A stretch of DNA of 54,198 bases, counting the filler, from Jimgerdemannia flammicorona (Eukaryota), in assembly GCA_003990765.1 (NCBI GenBank). It is 3 parts of 3 records of this genome, joined end to end, with 100 filler letters (N's around TTAATTAATTAA, not from the genome) between each part and the next. Parts side by side here need not be neighbours in the genome. Positions count along the whole stretch, not along the records: positions 1 to 18,002 come from RBNJ01002335.1; 2 more parts are not named here. The stretch is one strand, 5' to 3'. The position numbers were made by a program, and so were the translations under genes. The notes beneath the pieces are model-generated. The model worked only from the letters and a program-made list of their open reading frames with translations, was not told where the DNA came from and did not search any database. Positions 1 through 13,189 of the stretch are shown here, one piece after another (the stretch's first letter is position 1; the number at the start of each line of letters is the position of its first letter).

Positions 1-295
1 AAAAAAAAAATATAAGAGTTCTGATAGATATACTGAATTAGGCAGATCTGAGAACTCAAGCTAGCAGTATATCAGGAGAGGATATAGTATAGATATAGAC
101 TTTTTTAGTAGTATAAGTAGATAGAGGAGATCTGGAAAGTATCTGGTATCTGAAAGGAGTAGAGAAGGAGCAAGGTTTATAAGCTTTACCAATAAGGTGA
201 AGGCAGGAGATTGATCTGAGAGTATGTAGAATAATAAGACTGAGAAGAGAGAAAAGATAAGCACTAAAGAGACTGGAGGATTGATAGCTGGTAGG

Positions 296-930
296 TGTAA
301 TAACTCTTATTTCTATCCCTCTCTTATCCTTTAGATAATTAGAGAAACAAGGTATTACTTAGGGACTTAGTATACAATATGTACCAAGAAGCCTTCAGTT
401 TGAGAAAGTACCTACTTAAAAGTAGTTATAGTAGTAGTATCCTTCTTATCAACCTTGGTTATAAGAAACTTATTCTTTGGTGTGCACAGACTGAATTTGC
501 CTTAAAATTTAGGTTCAATGAGTTTACTTAAGTCTTTGAGATTTATATACCAGTCTCAGTTCTGGCAGAAGTTAGCTAGTTTAGTCAGAAATACTAGAGT
601 CACTTAGATGTTATTACTAAGACTCAGAGGAATGTATATATATGGGAGAAACTTAATTCTTATATCAAGAACTAAACTAAAACTCATTTATTTCAAATGG
701 AAACTGGGGGGTATTTATACAAGTTGGTCTGTGATTTCTAACTAAGTATAAGTGACTAATTTGGTAACTATAGTGAGATTTGTAATTATGACCTTTGTCA
801 GATAGTTTGTGATAAAAAATACTTTGTAATCAAGACCTCAATTACTAGGCAATTATTAGTATTGCTGTAGCACTAGTTGTTATGGTGCTGATCACTGGGG
901 ATAAGCTAGATATTATTTATTTATATCATT
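296..930 (-). mobile_element. Distal part of the 3' LTR of Gypsy element 1 (LTR split by LINE-A)
   Basis: On the minus strand, TATAAATA (712-719) is followed by AATAAA (about 688-693), and the segment ends ...GTTATTACA at 296. The other LTRs in the window have the same layout. The segment is CpG-free. Confidence 0.55.
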
Positions 931-940
931 TATATTATTT

Positions 941-2481
941 ATTATTATTTTATTTTATTTTATTTTATTTTTTTTTATAATCACTTGGACTTCTTTATTT
1001 CAATCAGTATATATGAATATTAAACAATATACAAGTCTCCTTAACCACCCTCAACTATACCTAAAGGACCTACTAAACTCAGTAGGACCTGTCAATCTAC
1101 TCCAATTTTCTATCACACCTCACTCTCTCTTAGCACCAAATGACTCTGACTTCCAAGAATAATGTCTTGTACTTTCTTCACCACTCTAAACTCCTACCAC
1201 CTCTTCTGGTATCACTGCTCCTGTACTACCTCTCTTATAAGTTAATACCAATACTCCACCAAGTCTCTGATTCTTATCCAGTATTCACCTTCAAAGACCC
1301 ACTGCCAGTGTAATACCATCAAGACCAATACTCCTAAGATCCACTCCACACTACCCCAAACATCACTAATATCTCCCACCAATCTCCTCTGGGTAACTAT
1401 ACTGACAGAATCTCCTGGCTGTCCTCTTTCAGAACCCCAATATTCCTCCAAGGTCTACTAATAATCTTCTACTCCAGAGCAGACCACTAATATATACTCC
1501 AGAGTTTGAACTATCTCTCTAGCAATTTCAGTACACCATTTACAATCTCAGTACCCATTAACCACCATCCAACCTATCTAGTAGTTCAACATCACATTCT
1601 TTCTCAAGAATTACTACCATACTACCCAATATCTAGGGGGTACCACCTTATTAAATATAGCTATCTAACTCCAAACTTGACTCTATTCTTACATCTCTCC
1701 AATTCCAGCCATCTGCCATTCAACCAGTCACTACTTGAGTGGGCCTGACCTAGTCTATTCTATAGTCTCAACCAAAGAATAGTCCTTCAACTCTCTTCCT
1801 CTTACTCTTATTAACTCTAGCTGCTATCACTACTGCTCTGAGTCAACACTCTTCTCTACCACCTCCACCTCAGGCCCCCCTCAGTCTCATGGCTAGCCAG
1901 GCCTCTACAATGCCCCACCAGAACCCTTTGTACCACATTCTACCAACTGATCCAACTTGAAGTAACCCTCTCAAGTCCTTCTACTCCTCACTCTAAGGGC
2001 AGAACCTGACCTCTCAATTGTCTATCACTAGTCTACCCTATCTCTCTTCTTCTAGCTCTATAAGACAGTGACCCCACCAGCCCCTAAGGGCCTACAGCTA
2101 CTACTAGAAATTCACCAACCCTAGACCCCCATCAGCAATTGACAGCACTAATGTCTCTCATTCAATCTATAGCTACCTTTCCCACTAGAGCCACTCTTCA
2201 ATAACCTTCTTCAGCTACCACACCACCCACTCTGAGAAATCCAAGTAGTAATCCAGATACCACAACTTTGGTAATCAGTACATATTCAAAACCACCACTC
2301 TTCCCACCAGGGAGAAGTTATGATCAGCTCAGCCTATTAGTATACCTTCCTATTTCTGCACCATCACACTCTATTACTCTCTTGGCAAAACTGTCCCAAA
2401 CACTGAAAACCAGATACCTAGATACCAGACAGCCTCTTTATTAAATACAACTCATCCAAACCCTCCTGCAGCTCTAATGTC
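941..2481 (-). mobile_element. LINE-A (L1/Tx1-like), 3' part: end of RT, C-terminal region, 3' UTR and A-rich tail; degenerate
   Basis: The 3' end GTCCAAGTGATTAT-A(n) matches the end of the intact copy at about 54178-54198. It translates to EAVWYLGIWFSVFGTVLPR at about 2385-2440, homologous to EAVRYLGIYLSVYGSVLPK. Many stops. Confidence 0.85.
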
Positions 2482-5400
2482 TTTTTTTTTTTTTTATAGC
2501 CTCTTGGACTTTACTATTTATTATCAATCTATCAAATATAATTACAATATCCCCATCTACTACCCAATACCCCTAGGGCCCCCTCTCTTTATATCTTCAT
2601 ACTTGAATACTATCTTGCCACCCACCATCTCAATTGTCCCCTCACTCTGCCTATAAATTTTCTCTATCAAATGGTGCTACTGACCTCCCTGCAGACCCCA
2701 TCCTGGCCACCAGCCCATTAAGACATTCTCCATCAACTCTTTCTATCTTAATAACTACTCTTCCAGACTCAAATGTTTCTCTTCCTCAAATACAAACAGC
2801 CAATGACCTGTCAGCTCCACCCATACAGCCAATATCTAACTCAAAGTAAGTCACTCCTTTCCTACTCTCTCCACCAATCTATCTCTCAGATCCTCCTATC
2901 TATTCCTCTCATGATCCCTTTTATATATCATACTCAATCTATTTCCAACCACTAACAAAAAATCTCCAAGTACTATACACTCCCCCAGTTAATGTTCTGG
3001 TGTCTGCACAAACCCCTCTTCTTGTCCTACATTATAGCACTCCTCACAGTCAAAGCTCCCCCCCTCCATAAGATGGTCTGAGCAAAAGTTGAGCATGATA
3101 TTCCTTTATAGTATGCACCACTATACCACCCAGTACTTGGGTGATACCCATCATCTCATCTCTGCACTCCAGGCCCAGACTCTACTCCAGTTCTACTCCT
3201 CTTTAATATCTACCAACTATCAACTACAAGGCCATATATATTGTCCCATTCCCCTCTGGCACTCAACTCTATTATCAATATCAATGTCTATAAGGAGAGT
3301 GTCCCCCAGCAATACCCAATCTTATCTTTATATTGCTGGACCCTAAGACACCTCTCCTTCATCCCACTGCTAGTGAATTCCAATACAGTGAGCCCCATCA
3401 ACAACTCTCTACCAGAAGTCCTTAAACCTCATATGCCCACTATTTTGAAGCCCAACCAAAGACAGCAGATCTCTGGTAGTTTCTCTTGATGAGTATCTCA
3501 TCTCCCAGACCCTCTTCAGCAGTAGAATTCAGCTACCACCTCTCAGTTCTACTGCTCTCATCAGCCACCATGCTCTCAGACAATATAATCTCTTTGAGAA
3601 GTCAACCAGCTCAAGGCCTCCTCTAGCCACTGGTAATGACAAGATTTTCCAGCTAATCTGACTCCTCCTCTCAGCCCAGATCCAATCTTTAGCCAACTTC
3701 AATAGCCTCTTCACCACCTAGGCTAAAAAGTCTGGATGATATGTCAAATATCATAACTTTGGCAACCAGTAGATATTCCAAATTGTAATGTGTCCCACTA
3801 AAGACAAGTGATGGCTGCCCCAACTATACAAGACCTCTCCCCAGACAACTATCCACTACTCCCACCAAGGTCATGATAGGACTGATCCATATACTGAGAG
3901 ATAGATTCCCAAGTACCTCACAGTCTCTTCTATAGAGATAATTGTTCCAATGACATCCCCTTTCATCAGGCCATTGCCTAACACCATTGTTTCACACTTG
4001 TACCAGTTAATTTTAGCCCCAGAGTGTACCTCATACCACTCTACTGTTTCTTGGAGTTCTTTGATATCAGCAATCAATCCTAGACCAACTACTATATCAT
4101 CTGCAAAGGCACCAACTTTCCATATAATATCAAATACTGAGAGCCCCACTATCTTCTACTGAATTCTATCTATCAATAGCTCCAAAGATGGAGCATATAA
4201 AATAGATGACAGTGGGTCTCTCTGAAGAATACTCCTCTCCAGAGAGAATGCTACCCCTCTATGCCTATTACATATGAGCACTACTCTACTTCCCTCCAGA
4301 AGGCTGATCATTGTCACTTGAAACTACTGAGGAATACCAATCTGATCCAGGACCTTTGCCAGCTAGATCTGCCAAACACAGTCATATATCTTCTCCTTAT
4401 CCAAGAAGACCAATCTCCCATTCAGTCTACAGGCTTGAGTCTCTTTAATAATATCATACACCCAGGCTATGCTATCCCTAATGAGCCAGCCTCCTACAAA
4501 ACTTTACTACTTCTCACCCAAGACTTACTGAGCCACCTTCTGCAGCCTCACCACTATCACCTTAATGACCAACTTCCTGTTTATGTCCAGAAGTATAATG
4601 GGCCACTAGTTCTTCCAGTTCTCCCTCTGACTCCTATTCTTAAAAAGCAGAGTCATCAGCCCCAGATCCTACTCATCCACCCACCTTTCTAACTATAGTA
4701 CTAAGTTACAGAGTACCATCAACTCTTCCAGTACTCTAGGGATATCCACCATCTTCTTCCAAAAGTCCCAGGACAGATCATCCTCTCCTGGTATCATACC
4801 CAGTATGGTTACGGCAAGAATCTGGTGAATTTTCTCCTTCTGAACTAGTGCCACCAAACTGCCCAGCCCATCTACTTGTAGAGAGTACCAATTCTCCAGA
4901 GCATGTTCTATAATAGTAACATCAGCCCCACTCTCCTCCTCTCTCCACAGACCACTCCACCTCTCCTTCAATGAGCCCAGAATTGCTTGTGAACTATGGA
5001 CCAGCAGCCCATCAGAATTAAGAACACCCTTCCATTACTGCCTCACTCTTCTTGCCTGAAGAGATCTTGAAAGGAACTTAGAGGGCCTCTCCCTCTCCTC
5101 CAGTCCCTATCAGTATATGTAGCTATATAGCCAAACTCTGCACTTGTATCTCCTCCTCCTCTCTCAATATCTGTTGCAACTCTATAATCTCCAGCTTTGC
5201 TCACATTACTCTCTAATACTCCACCCCCTCCAGGGCCAAGAGCTCCATCCAACCCTCCAAAAGTCCAGCCAATCTAGCAGAAGCCCAGACCCCTCTCCTC
5301 CTCCTCCACCTCCCTGTCATCTTGCCAGCTTCCCCCTAGTAAATCCTAGTGGCCTCCTTCAATCTCATCTATTGAATACTAACTGTGATACCCTCTCATA

Positions 5401-7238
5401 CCCAACCCTCTATTCTCTGTCAAATATCCTCCACCCACCTGTCCTATAGCTCCTTCTCAGCCAACAAAGAGGAATTGAGGTGCCAATGTCCAGGCTCATC
5501 TCCACTCCCCCCAAAATGACCCTGCCCCAACAGCCTCCAGTGATCAGACTATAGATACCATACAGCCTCTAGTGACTTCCAAATATCCAGACCCCAGCAG
5601 TCTGCTGTCAGCATTCAGTCAATCCTCATCTCCAGACCATTTATCCAATGTGTATATACCCTCCTATCTCTCTAGAACTCTCTGCCAGCATCCATTAAAG
5701 AGCTCAGCCTCTCTACTTCCTCTTATATCTCCAGTCTCTCACTTCTGCCTACAGCCCTCTGCCCTCTGTCAGTCCTATCCACCAATGCATCCCAGTTCAT
5801 ATTAAAGTCTCCTCCAAGAATATCTACTCCAGCCTCTACAAGGGCCCCACTCTTCAGAAGTCTCTCAATCCACTCTCTCCCTGTGTATAGCAGGGTAGTA
5901 GCAGGAACTTACTGTAACTGGCTCCCAATCTGGCCAGATCTACTCTCCCCAGACCAGCCTGTCTCCTCAGCTTCTTGAATCTTAAATCTCCCCTCTACCT
6001 CTCCAGACCAGGATCCCAACCTTACTCTTCCAAACTACCACATCTCTTCATTCTGTCATTCATTTCAGTCTATCCAAGTCATCTTCACATCTAACATCCT
6101 GCAAAAGAAAAAGATCAGCCTCTAAACTCTTCAGCTAAGTAAAGATGTTCTAATACCTAACTGAACTCTGAAGCCTATTCATATTCATAGAAAAAATGTT
6201 TATTATACTAATCATAAGTAATGTTAAGAGTTATATATGAAGGCTCCCCACACCATTACTGAAGGCCAATCCTGAGTTTTCTCTATGACCTCTCTCTCTG
6301 TCAATTGAATCTAAATATCAACATTCTCTGTCTAAAAGGAGGTCCCTTCCTAGACCCTGAACTCAATATCAACTACCACTCTATACTCAGCCATGACCTT
6401 CTCAACTCTCCTCCTCATCTCTATAGCAGTCACCATAGAGATCCCTTTTACCAGAAGTTGTATCACCCTGGGATCTCACCTCAAGCAGCATGCTATTAAG
6501 ATAAATATCTCCCCAATAGTCAACCTAGTCTTCAGTGTATCCTCCAATAGCCCAGTCTTCTCAAAGCCCACCTCTACCCCTTCCAGGCCCCTCAGAAACT
6601 TAACAGATACTATACTATTCATCTGCTTAGCAATCAGCCTCAAGACCATATTTGCCATCACTACCAAGCCTCAGAAGTACAAAGTAACCATGAACTCTGA
6701 GATTGACTTCTTGAGTAATGGAGCCACCACTAGACCCATTATACTATCCACCAGGTCACTGGGCCTCATGCCCAACCTATAACTCAGTCTACTAACAGTT
6801 CTATCTAGATTTTTTTCCAGATTGCCCATCACACCCCTATCAGCAGTTACCCCTCCAGCTACTACACCACCAGCCCCCCCACTCTGGCCCTCCAGTGGAG
6901 CTCCCCTCTTCTCTCCAGTAGCTATCTTCTCTCCAGTCCCTTTGCCTGAGCTCTTATTCTGACCTTATCAGCAAAGGTCAGCTGTCCACTTCCCTGCTGC
7001 CTTATTCCACCTCTTCCACCACCACTGGCTCTTCATCCCCTCAGAGAGGTACTTGGCATCTCTAAGTCTGCACCTTGACCCTACCTCATATACTATCAGT
7101 TAAAGACACTGGAGCTGCCCTACTCCATATACTCTTCAGAATGCTCATTACTTGCCATGATATTAGAACCTTTTTACCAAAAATATTGTTAGAAATATTG
7201 TCTGAAGTTTATATAATCTAAATGTTACTAGAGAAAAG
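2482..7238 (-). mobile_element. LINE-B (same family as LINE-D), nested inside LINE-A, with about 1.1 kb of ORF1 deleted; degenerate
   Basis: Poly-T at 2482-2495. ORF fragments KVGAFADD, RRSQISW and PGEDDLSWDFWK. Endonuclease start MISIINIFSMNMN at about 6215. The 5' end at about 7150-7238 aligns with 48333-48420. Confidence 0.92.
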
Positions 7239-10200
7239 TGTATAGCCCCAATGCTTATACCAAGCTCTAAGGTCTCACATTTTCCCCAATTTAACTTTAT
7301 ACCTACCAATCTCTCATACTGTTCAATCTCTTCTCATAAAATATTCACATTAACTGCACTATCTAGCCTAACCACCATATTATCTACAAAAGCCCCAAGC
7401 TTTCAAACTACCTCTCTCATTCTCAGTCCAGTCAGCTGTTCTCTCAGCCAGGCCAATACTGGCTCTAATAAGAGAATATAAAGGAGGAGAGATAGAGAGT
7501 CCCCCTGCAGAACTTCTCTACCTAAAGCAAACTCTGGACTATACTAACTATTCATCAGAACTGTCCCTCTACAGCTATATACTAGTCCCATCAGTCTTCC
7601 AATCTCTCTAATATCAAATCTGATACTCTATAATACAGCCTCTAGATAGCACTACCATACTCTATTATATGCCTTTTTCTGATCTAAGAAGACCATCCTC
7701 TCATTGACCTGATAGCTTCTATAGCCCTCTAAGACATTTTGCACCCATGCAGTACTGTCTCTGATCTACCATCTCTTCACAAAACCTCTCTGCTCCTCCC
7801 CTACCAGTCTACCAATCTACTGCTACAATCTTCCTACCAAGACCTTTGAAACCAACTTCTAATCCATATTCAGCAGCATGATCAGCCTCCAGTTACACCA
7901 TACCCTCCTGTTACCTTTCTCTTTGTACAGTAAAGAGACCAGTCCTAAGTTACTGTTACTAACCCACTGACCCTCTTCCAATATATAGTTGACCATCTTG
8001 ACAAGCCAAGCCCCAAACTCAGTCTGGAACTCCTTCCAAAACTCTCAAGAAAGCCCATTCTCACCTGATGAAAAGCCACCAGGTACCTTCTGCAGAACCC
8101 CCAACATCTCTTCCAAAGATACTCTGCCTATTATAGAAGCCTCCATCTCTGATAGTAATACTACTGGCCAGTTTTATACTAATAACACATTAGTAATGTC
8201 CAGCACCCCATCTCTCCCTCCCCCACCCTCATCACTCCAGAGGGCCTGCTATTGTTCAGAGATCTCCTTCAGTATATCTGCTATACTAGAAACTTCAACT
8301 TTATTCTCTCATAATACTGAAGCCTAGCTGTGCTGCACCTTTTTAGCTTTCAAGACACTAGATAAATATTTTGTCAATCACTCACTCTCTTCCAGTCACC
8401 AAGTCCTCAAGTATACCAGAAGACCATCAATTACTCTATCCTCAGTCTCTCTCATATCTGACTACAGATCTACCACCTCCCTAGCCAGCCAGTACTGCTC
8501 TTCTCCAGCCAGTATTCTGTCTTCTAATAACTTTAGTCTCTACCTCAAATCTCTCAACCCTCAGTTTCTTGTCCTTTTGCTCCTTTTCAGCCACCTCTCC
8601 AGCATTCTGCTAATATATACCCACTAAGTATTTAAACCTACCCCACTATTCAGCAATAGACAAATCTCTGTTCACTTACCTCTCTACTTTCTGTCTAGCC
8701 AAGCAAACAAATTGCTCCCTTTCCACCAGTTGTCAGAGCAAGGCTATATTAAGACATCAATACCCTCCTCTACCACTAACTGCCTGAAATCTTCCACTTA
8801 CTTTAACCCCCCAATGGTCAGACTATGAGCACCACCACACCTTCACAATATTCAACATATTACCCTAATGTTCAGCTACCAGTATCCAATCAATCTGTAT
8901 CTCCACCATCTCATCACTCACCAGATACCATCTAGCAAAGGACCTGACTTATCTTCAGCCCTCAGCCATACACCATCTACCAATTCCATACCTTTTTCTA
9001 TCTGAAGCCACTGAGATAGCCCCTGAGAAACAGTTATACTAGCTCCACCATCTGACTGATCCAGTGTATAATCCTGTAGTATATTGAAGTCTCTCCCCAG
9101 AATGTCCAATTCTAGAGCTACCCAACCCTCACAAGCCAGCCACTCTTTCACCCATTGCTTTTGCTCTCTACCAACTACTGGCAGATATACAGAGCCCACC
9201 AAAAGTCCATCTCTATTACCTTCTTTCAATCTTCCCCACACCAGATGACTATCAAAGATTTCTACATCAACTAGTATACCTTTTCTAACCCCAACTAGAA
9301 TACCAACTTGCTTATTCCAACCAGTACCTCCAAATCATTCCTTACTCTATAACTCATAATCCAGCATATCATAAGTATAAATATCCTAAAGAAATACCAC
9401 ATCATACCTCTGGACCTTCAGCTATTGAAAAGATACTACTGCTTAACTCTATTATGTAGATTATTAACATTAATTGATAAAATTCATAGGTTGTTCTTCA
9501 TTATAGAAAATGAGTTTAGATATCTACTACTGCTACTACTACCTTCTCAGTCCTACTCTTGATGATATCCCAATGCTCCTTACAGACTACTCTCCAAATT
9601 CACTCTCCATTAATACTACTATAGAAGAAGTCCACTCATTTCAATACTACCTTTCTGATATCTGCTATTTAGGCTTCATTCACCTCATATCTTTCATCCT
9701 CCAAGAGGGCTGCTACCATAGCAGTTACCAACTTCAGTTCTTATAATACCATCTTGAGAAATTCTTTCCATGTCTCTAGAGAACTCTGAAATACATCCAC
9801 CTCCTTGATGTCTTCCTCTGTGAGCTCCTTCAAGATTTCCTGAAACCAATCATCTACTACCATTACTAGTGGCCCTGGGGTGGCAGGTCTAGGAGTCCTG
9901 CACAGCTCCTGAAGCAATTCTCTATCTACAGACACATCAGAAGCAATCTCTACCAGATTATCCTCCTCTGAAACTTTGTTCAGCTATACTACCTCCCAAG
10001 CCTCAGGATATTCTCAGTGCATATTTGCTGATCTGACCATTATCATGTCCTCTACCTGAGTCTCTGAGACTACCTCAACATTCTCCTTGAAGCCTGCTCC
10101 CCTCTATTCCTCACCATCAGCCCATTTCTCCATCATAAGTACATATATATATGAAGTCTTCAACTCCCACCAGCTGCAAGAAGGACACTTCAGCTGCCTC

Positions 10201-11487
10201 CATTCCTTCTATTCAATTTCTGTCAGATGTGACCCTCTCAGCCTCTTTCTTAACAAATCCTTGCAACACTACCTGCAACTACTCCCAATTCTTCTTATGC
10301 TATTACCTCCTCTTCCCATCTGCCTCAATCCAGATCCAGTCTTTGGCAAATTCCTCCCATTATCTCTTCTGCAGAGTCTTTGCTTCATCATGCTCCTCTA
10401 GGGCAATTAGCAACTCTTCCTCTTTCTGCTCTGAGTCTTTCCTCCTCCAAACCTAATACTTCTGTCCCACAATACAAATGATCTCTGGCCAGTCCTGTTC
10501 TAACCCAGTTGCCTCCTTCTCTTCCAACTGTACCATTGTCTTATAGTTACTATTCCTCAACTTCATGCCCTCTCAAAATATAAATCTGAAATCCACTATC
10601 TCAACAAAACCTTTCAGAGCTTTGGCTATCACTATCTTAGTCTCCTACCTGCTCAGTATTGGCAATTCTTTAACCACTAGCCTCACCACACATGGGTCCC
10701 ATCTCAAGCATCTTGCTATCTCCACCTTAATGTTCTTGACCATCAGCCCCTTCTCCAGAGCCTTCACCATGACCTCCTACTCGATAAAGCCAACCTCTAC
10801 TGCCTCTGCTGAAGGAATAAATCTCAGCAACTCTGTCTCTATAACTTCCTCACCCACTAGTCACAGAATCTCCTTGGCTGATAGACCAAGGTCCAAGAAA
10901 TTGATAGAGACTGCCCATGTCAATACCAACTTATAAAAGAATAGATATATCACCAGCTTGCCAATCTCTACAATTAAGGTTGTCTTGCTCTTACTTCCAG
11001 ACATACTAGTCACTATCTCACTAGAGGCTACTGTGCTATCAGCAGTTATACCTCTAGTTACTGATCTAGCCCTAGGAAAGCCAGTCTTAGCTATCCTACT
11101 CCAGACCCCTGACCCCTGCTGGACCCCTGACCAGTCAGCTGATCAGTCACCTGACACCTACCTCTGTCAATACTATGCTCTCCCTGCTCTCTTACTATAG
11201 GCCTAAAGGCCACTCTTCTGCTCTCCATCACTGTATGCTAGCTATTCACTCTAGTTACTAGCCTCTGATTACCTGTCTGCCTTTTTACTCCATCAGCCCC
11301 AGTAGCCACTGCAAAACTCTTAGAGAGATCCAGGCCAGACCTCCTCCTCTCTAAGTACTCTGAGCTCAATAAACCTTAGGTCACTATTATATAGAAACTT
11401 GACAAATTTTGATGAAACTTATTGTAAATTATTGCCAGACTCTTGCTACATCTAGTATACTAGTATAGGTGAAGTGAAAACTGAAAA
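7239..11487 (-). mobile_element. LINE-A, 5' part: ORF1, APE endonuclease and RT; divergent subfamily, degenerate
   Basis: KLNWGKCETLELG at about 7260-7300 continues the RT broken at 2481. QGDSLSP at about 7490 and LGRDFN at about 9090. ORF1-like region at 9520-11390. Candidate TSD TATATTAYTT at 931-940 and 11488-11497. Confidence 0.85.
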
Positions 11488-11715
11488 TATATTACTTTTT
11501 ACAAAAAGATATCTGTGTGACTTAGCTTGCTCTAAGTAGTTTGAGCAAAAGAAGTCTCTCATTCATTATGTTCATCATTTGTATATCATATATCATACTT
11601 AATCATATGTTATCATCAGGTTATATGATCTCTCATTATATATTATATCTCATCTGTTTGTTTGTTTACATATCATATATCACATCTTACCTGTTCATCT
11701 ATTTTTCTTCTCTTA
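11488..11715 (-). mobile_element. PPT and proximal (U3) part of the 3' LTR of Gypsy element 1
   Basis: Minus-strand purine tract AAGAGAAGAAAAA at about 11702-11714 follows the accessory ORF. The LTR continues on the far side of LINE-A. Confidence 0.45.
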
Positions 11716-11848
11716 AAAATCAATGTTCTTATTGATTTGGAAATTAAGAACTAGAGGAGAGAAAGGTGGAGAATATTTCTCAATATTATTGTTTTCTCTA
11801 GTAGCTGGAGGGGTAGTTGCTGATGGCTCAATATCTAGGATGGAGAAG

Positions 11849-12538
11849 TCAATGAGGTCTGCAAATAGTTCTTGAACTGATATAAGCATTGGGATAGAGG
11901 TTCTCTATCTAATATGATTGGGGCCATCCAAGTAGGGGTTCTTGATCCTTATGCCTAGAGATATCTATTCAGATAAGTAGTCCTTCAAAGAGGTCAGAGA
12001 GACCTTGAAGCAATTGGTCTGGGTTGTCATTCAGGAGAGAGCTCTAGTGGAGTTTGTAGTCAGTAGACTTGAGAGTAATCTAGGAGTTGGCTTCTTAGGC
12101 TACCTTGATCTCTAGCTTAAAAATCTTAGAAAAGAAGGGGTTCTGGAAGTCCTTCAGTTATATATAGTTAAGGTTGAGGATTATAAAGAATACATAGTAC
12201 ATAATTTGATAGACCTTCTTAGCTAGTCTTTACTCATGTCTATTCAGGTGGGTCTAGTCTGAGATCTGATCAGTAGGTAGGCCATTTGCATATTGAAGAA
12301 GTTGATAGCCAATTTCATATTCATACCAGATTTCTAAGTGGCTGGTAGCAAGGTAGATCCTTTCAATGAATTCATAGCAGTTAAGAATATACTATTCTAA
12401 GTCCTGGCTGGAGAGGTTAAGGGCCTCAGAGTGGCAGTTCCTTTCTTAGATAGTAACCTGGATGTATCTAAAGAGATAGTCAACCTGGTTTGAGAGGGGC
12501 TGACTATAGTAGGCAGTTTGGTGATAGGTAGCAAGCAT
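11849..12538 (-). pseudogene. Degenerate accessory ORF downstream of pol in Gypsy element 1 (about 230 codons, many stops)
   Basis: One frame reads MLATYHQTAYYSQPLSNQVDYLFRYIQ...IWYEYEIGYQLLQY...HE*RLAKKVYQIMYYVFFIILNLNYI*LKDF. The stops are TAA/TAG/TGA compatible with C-to-T change. A similar motif occurs in the ORF at 47653-48332. Confidence 0.6.
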
Positions 12539-12605
12539 TCTTGTCTTGTCTTTTCTTTGGGGAGAGAAGAGAGGGATAGAGATTGTAACATATGTTTGCC
12601 CTGGG

Positions 12606-12613
12606 TATTTATA
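12606..12613 (-). promoter_or_regulatory. Candidate TATA box (TATAAATA) for the accessory ORF
   Basis: About 70 nt upstream of the ATG at 12538, followed by a CT-rich tract and an A-rich pre-ATG leader. Confidence 0.4.
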
Positions 12614-13189
12614 CTTATTTATCTATCTGGTATGACTTCAATTCAATTATGTTTTCTAGCAGAATATGTGACCTGTTTCTATAAGTGGAGCATATACTGG
12701 TTTTATGAGAAAATCCTGATTTCAAAGATATCACTACATTGTAGTTATGATTACACAGAGTTGATAAATCTTGGTCTTTTTTTTTTTTTGTCTTATCAGT
12801 ATATTTATAAGGACTGACCATCCTTGTCTAGGGTGAGGGCTCACATTGTCATAGCTAGGAGTTTGAACCTCTTGGAAATAGTATTTCTTAATCTGAGACA
12901 ATTCCTAGTAATAATATCTATCATATAAATGAACTTAGATTAGTTTCAACATCATCAGCTTTTCTAAGTTCTATATGAAGTATCTGACATCATTCAGCAG
13001 AGATAATACAGATAGTATGAAATGGAATTATTCAAATATATTTTGCTATATCTTGCTGAGTTATTCCTTGCCAGAGTATCTTCTTATAGTGTTCTTTTTT
13101 TCTGTAAAGTTCAGTATTATATATTCCAGATAAATATATAGCATCTTCTTCCTTTGCTATATGCTTAAAGTTTCAGAGCTATAGTTTCT

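Noticed and set aside
12584..12845. Possible solo LTR (purine tract, then TGTAACA...TCACA)
   Set aside because: No TSD (GAGAT vs TTGTC) and no second copy. The purine tract is better explained as the CT-rich leader of the minus-strand accessory ORF.
12846..12875. tRNA-like or PBS-like GGAGTTTGAACC
   Set aside because: The T-arm stem and loop spacing do not fit, there is no cloverleaf, and the orientation is wrong for the host element.
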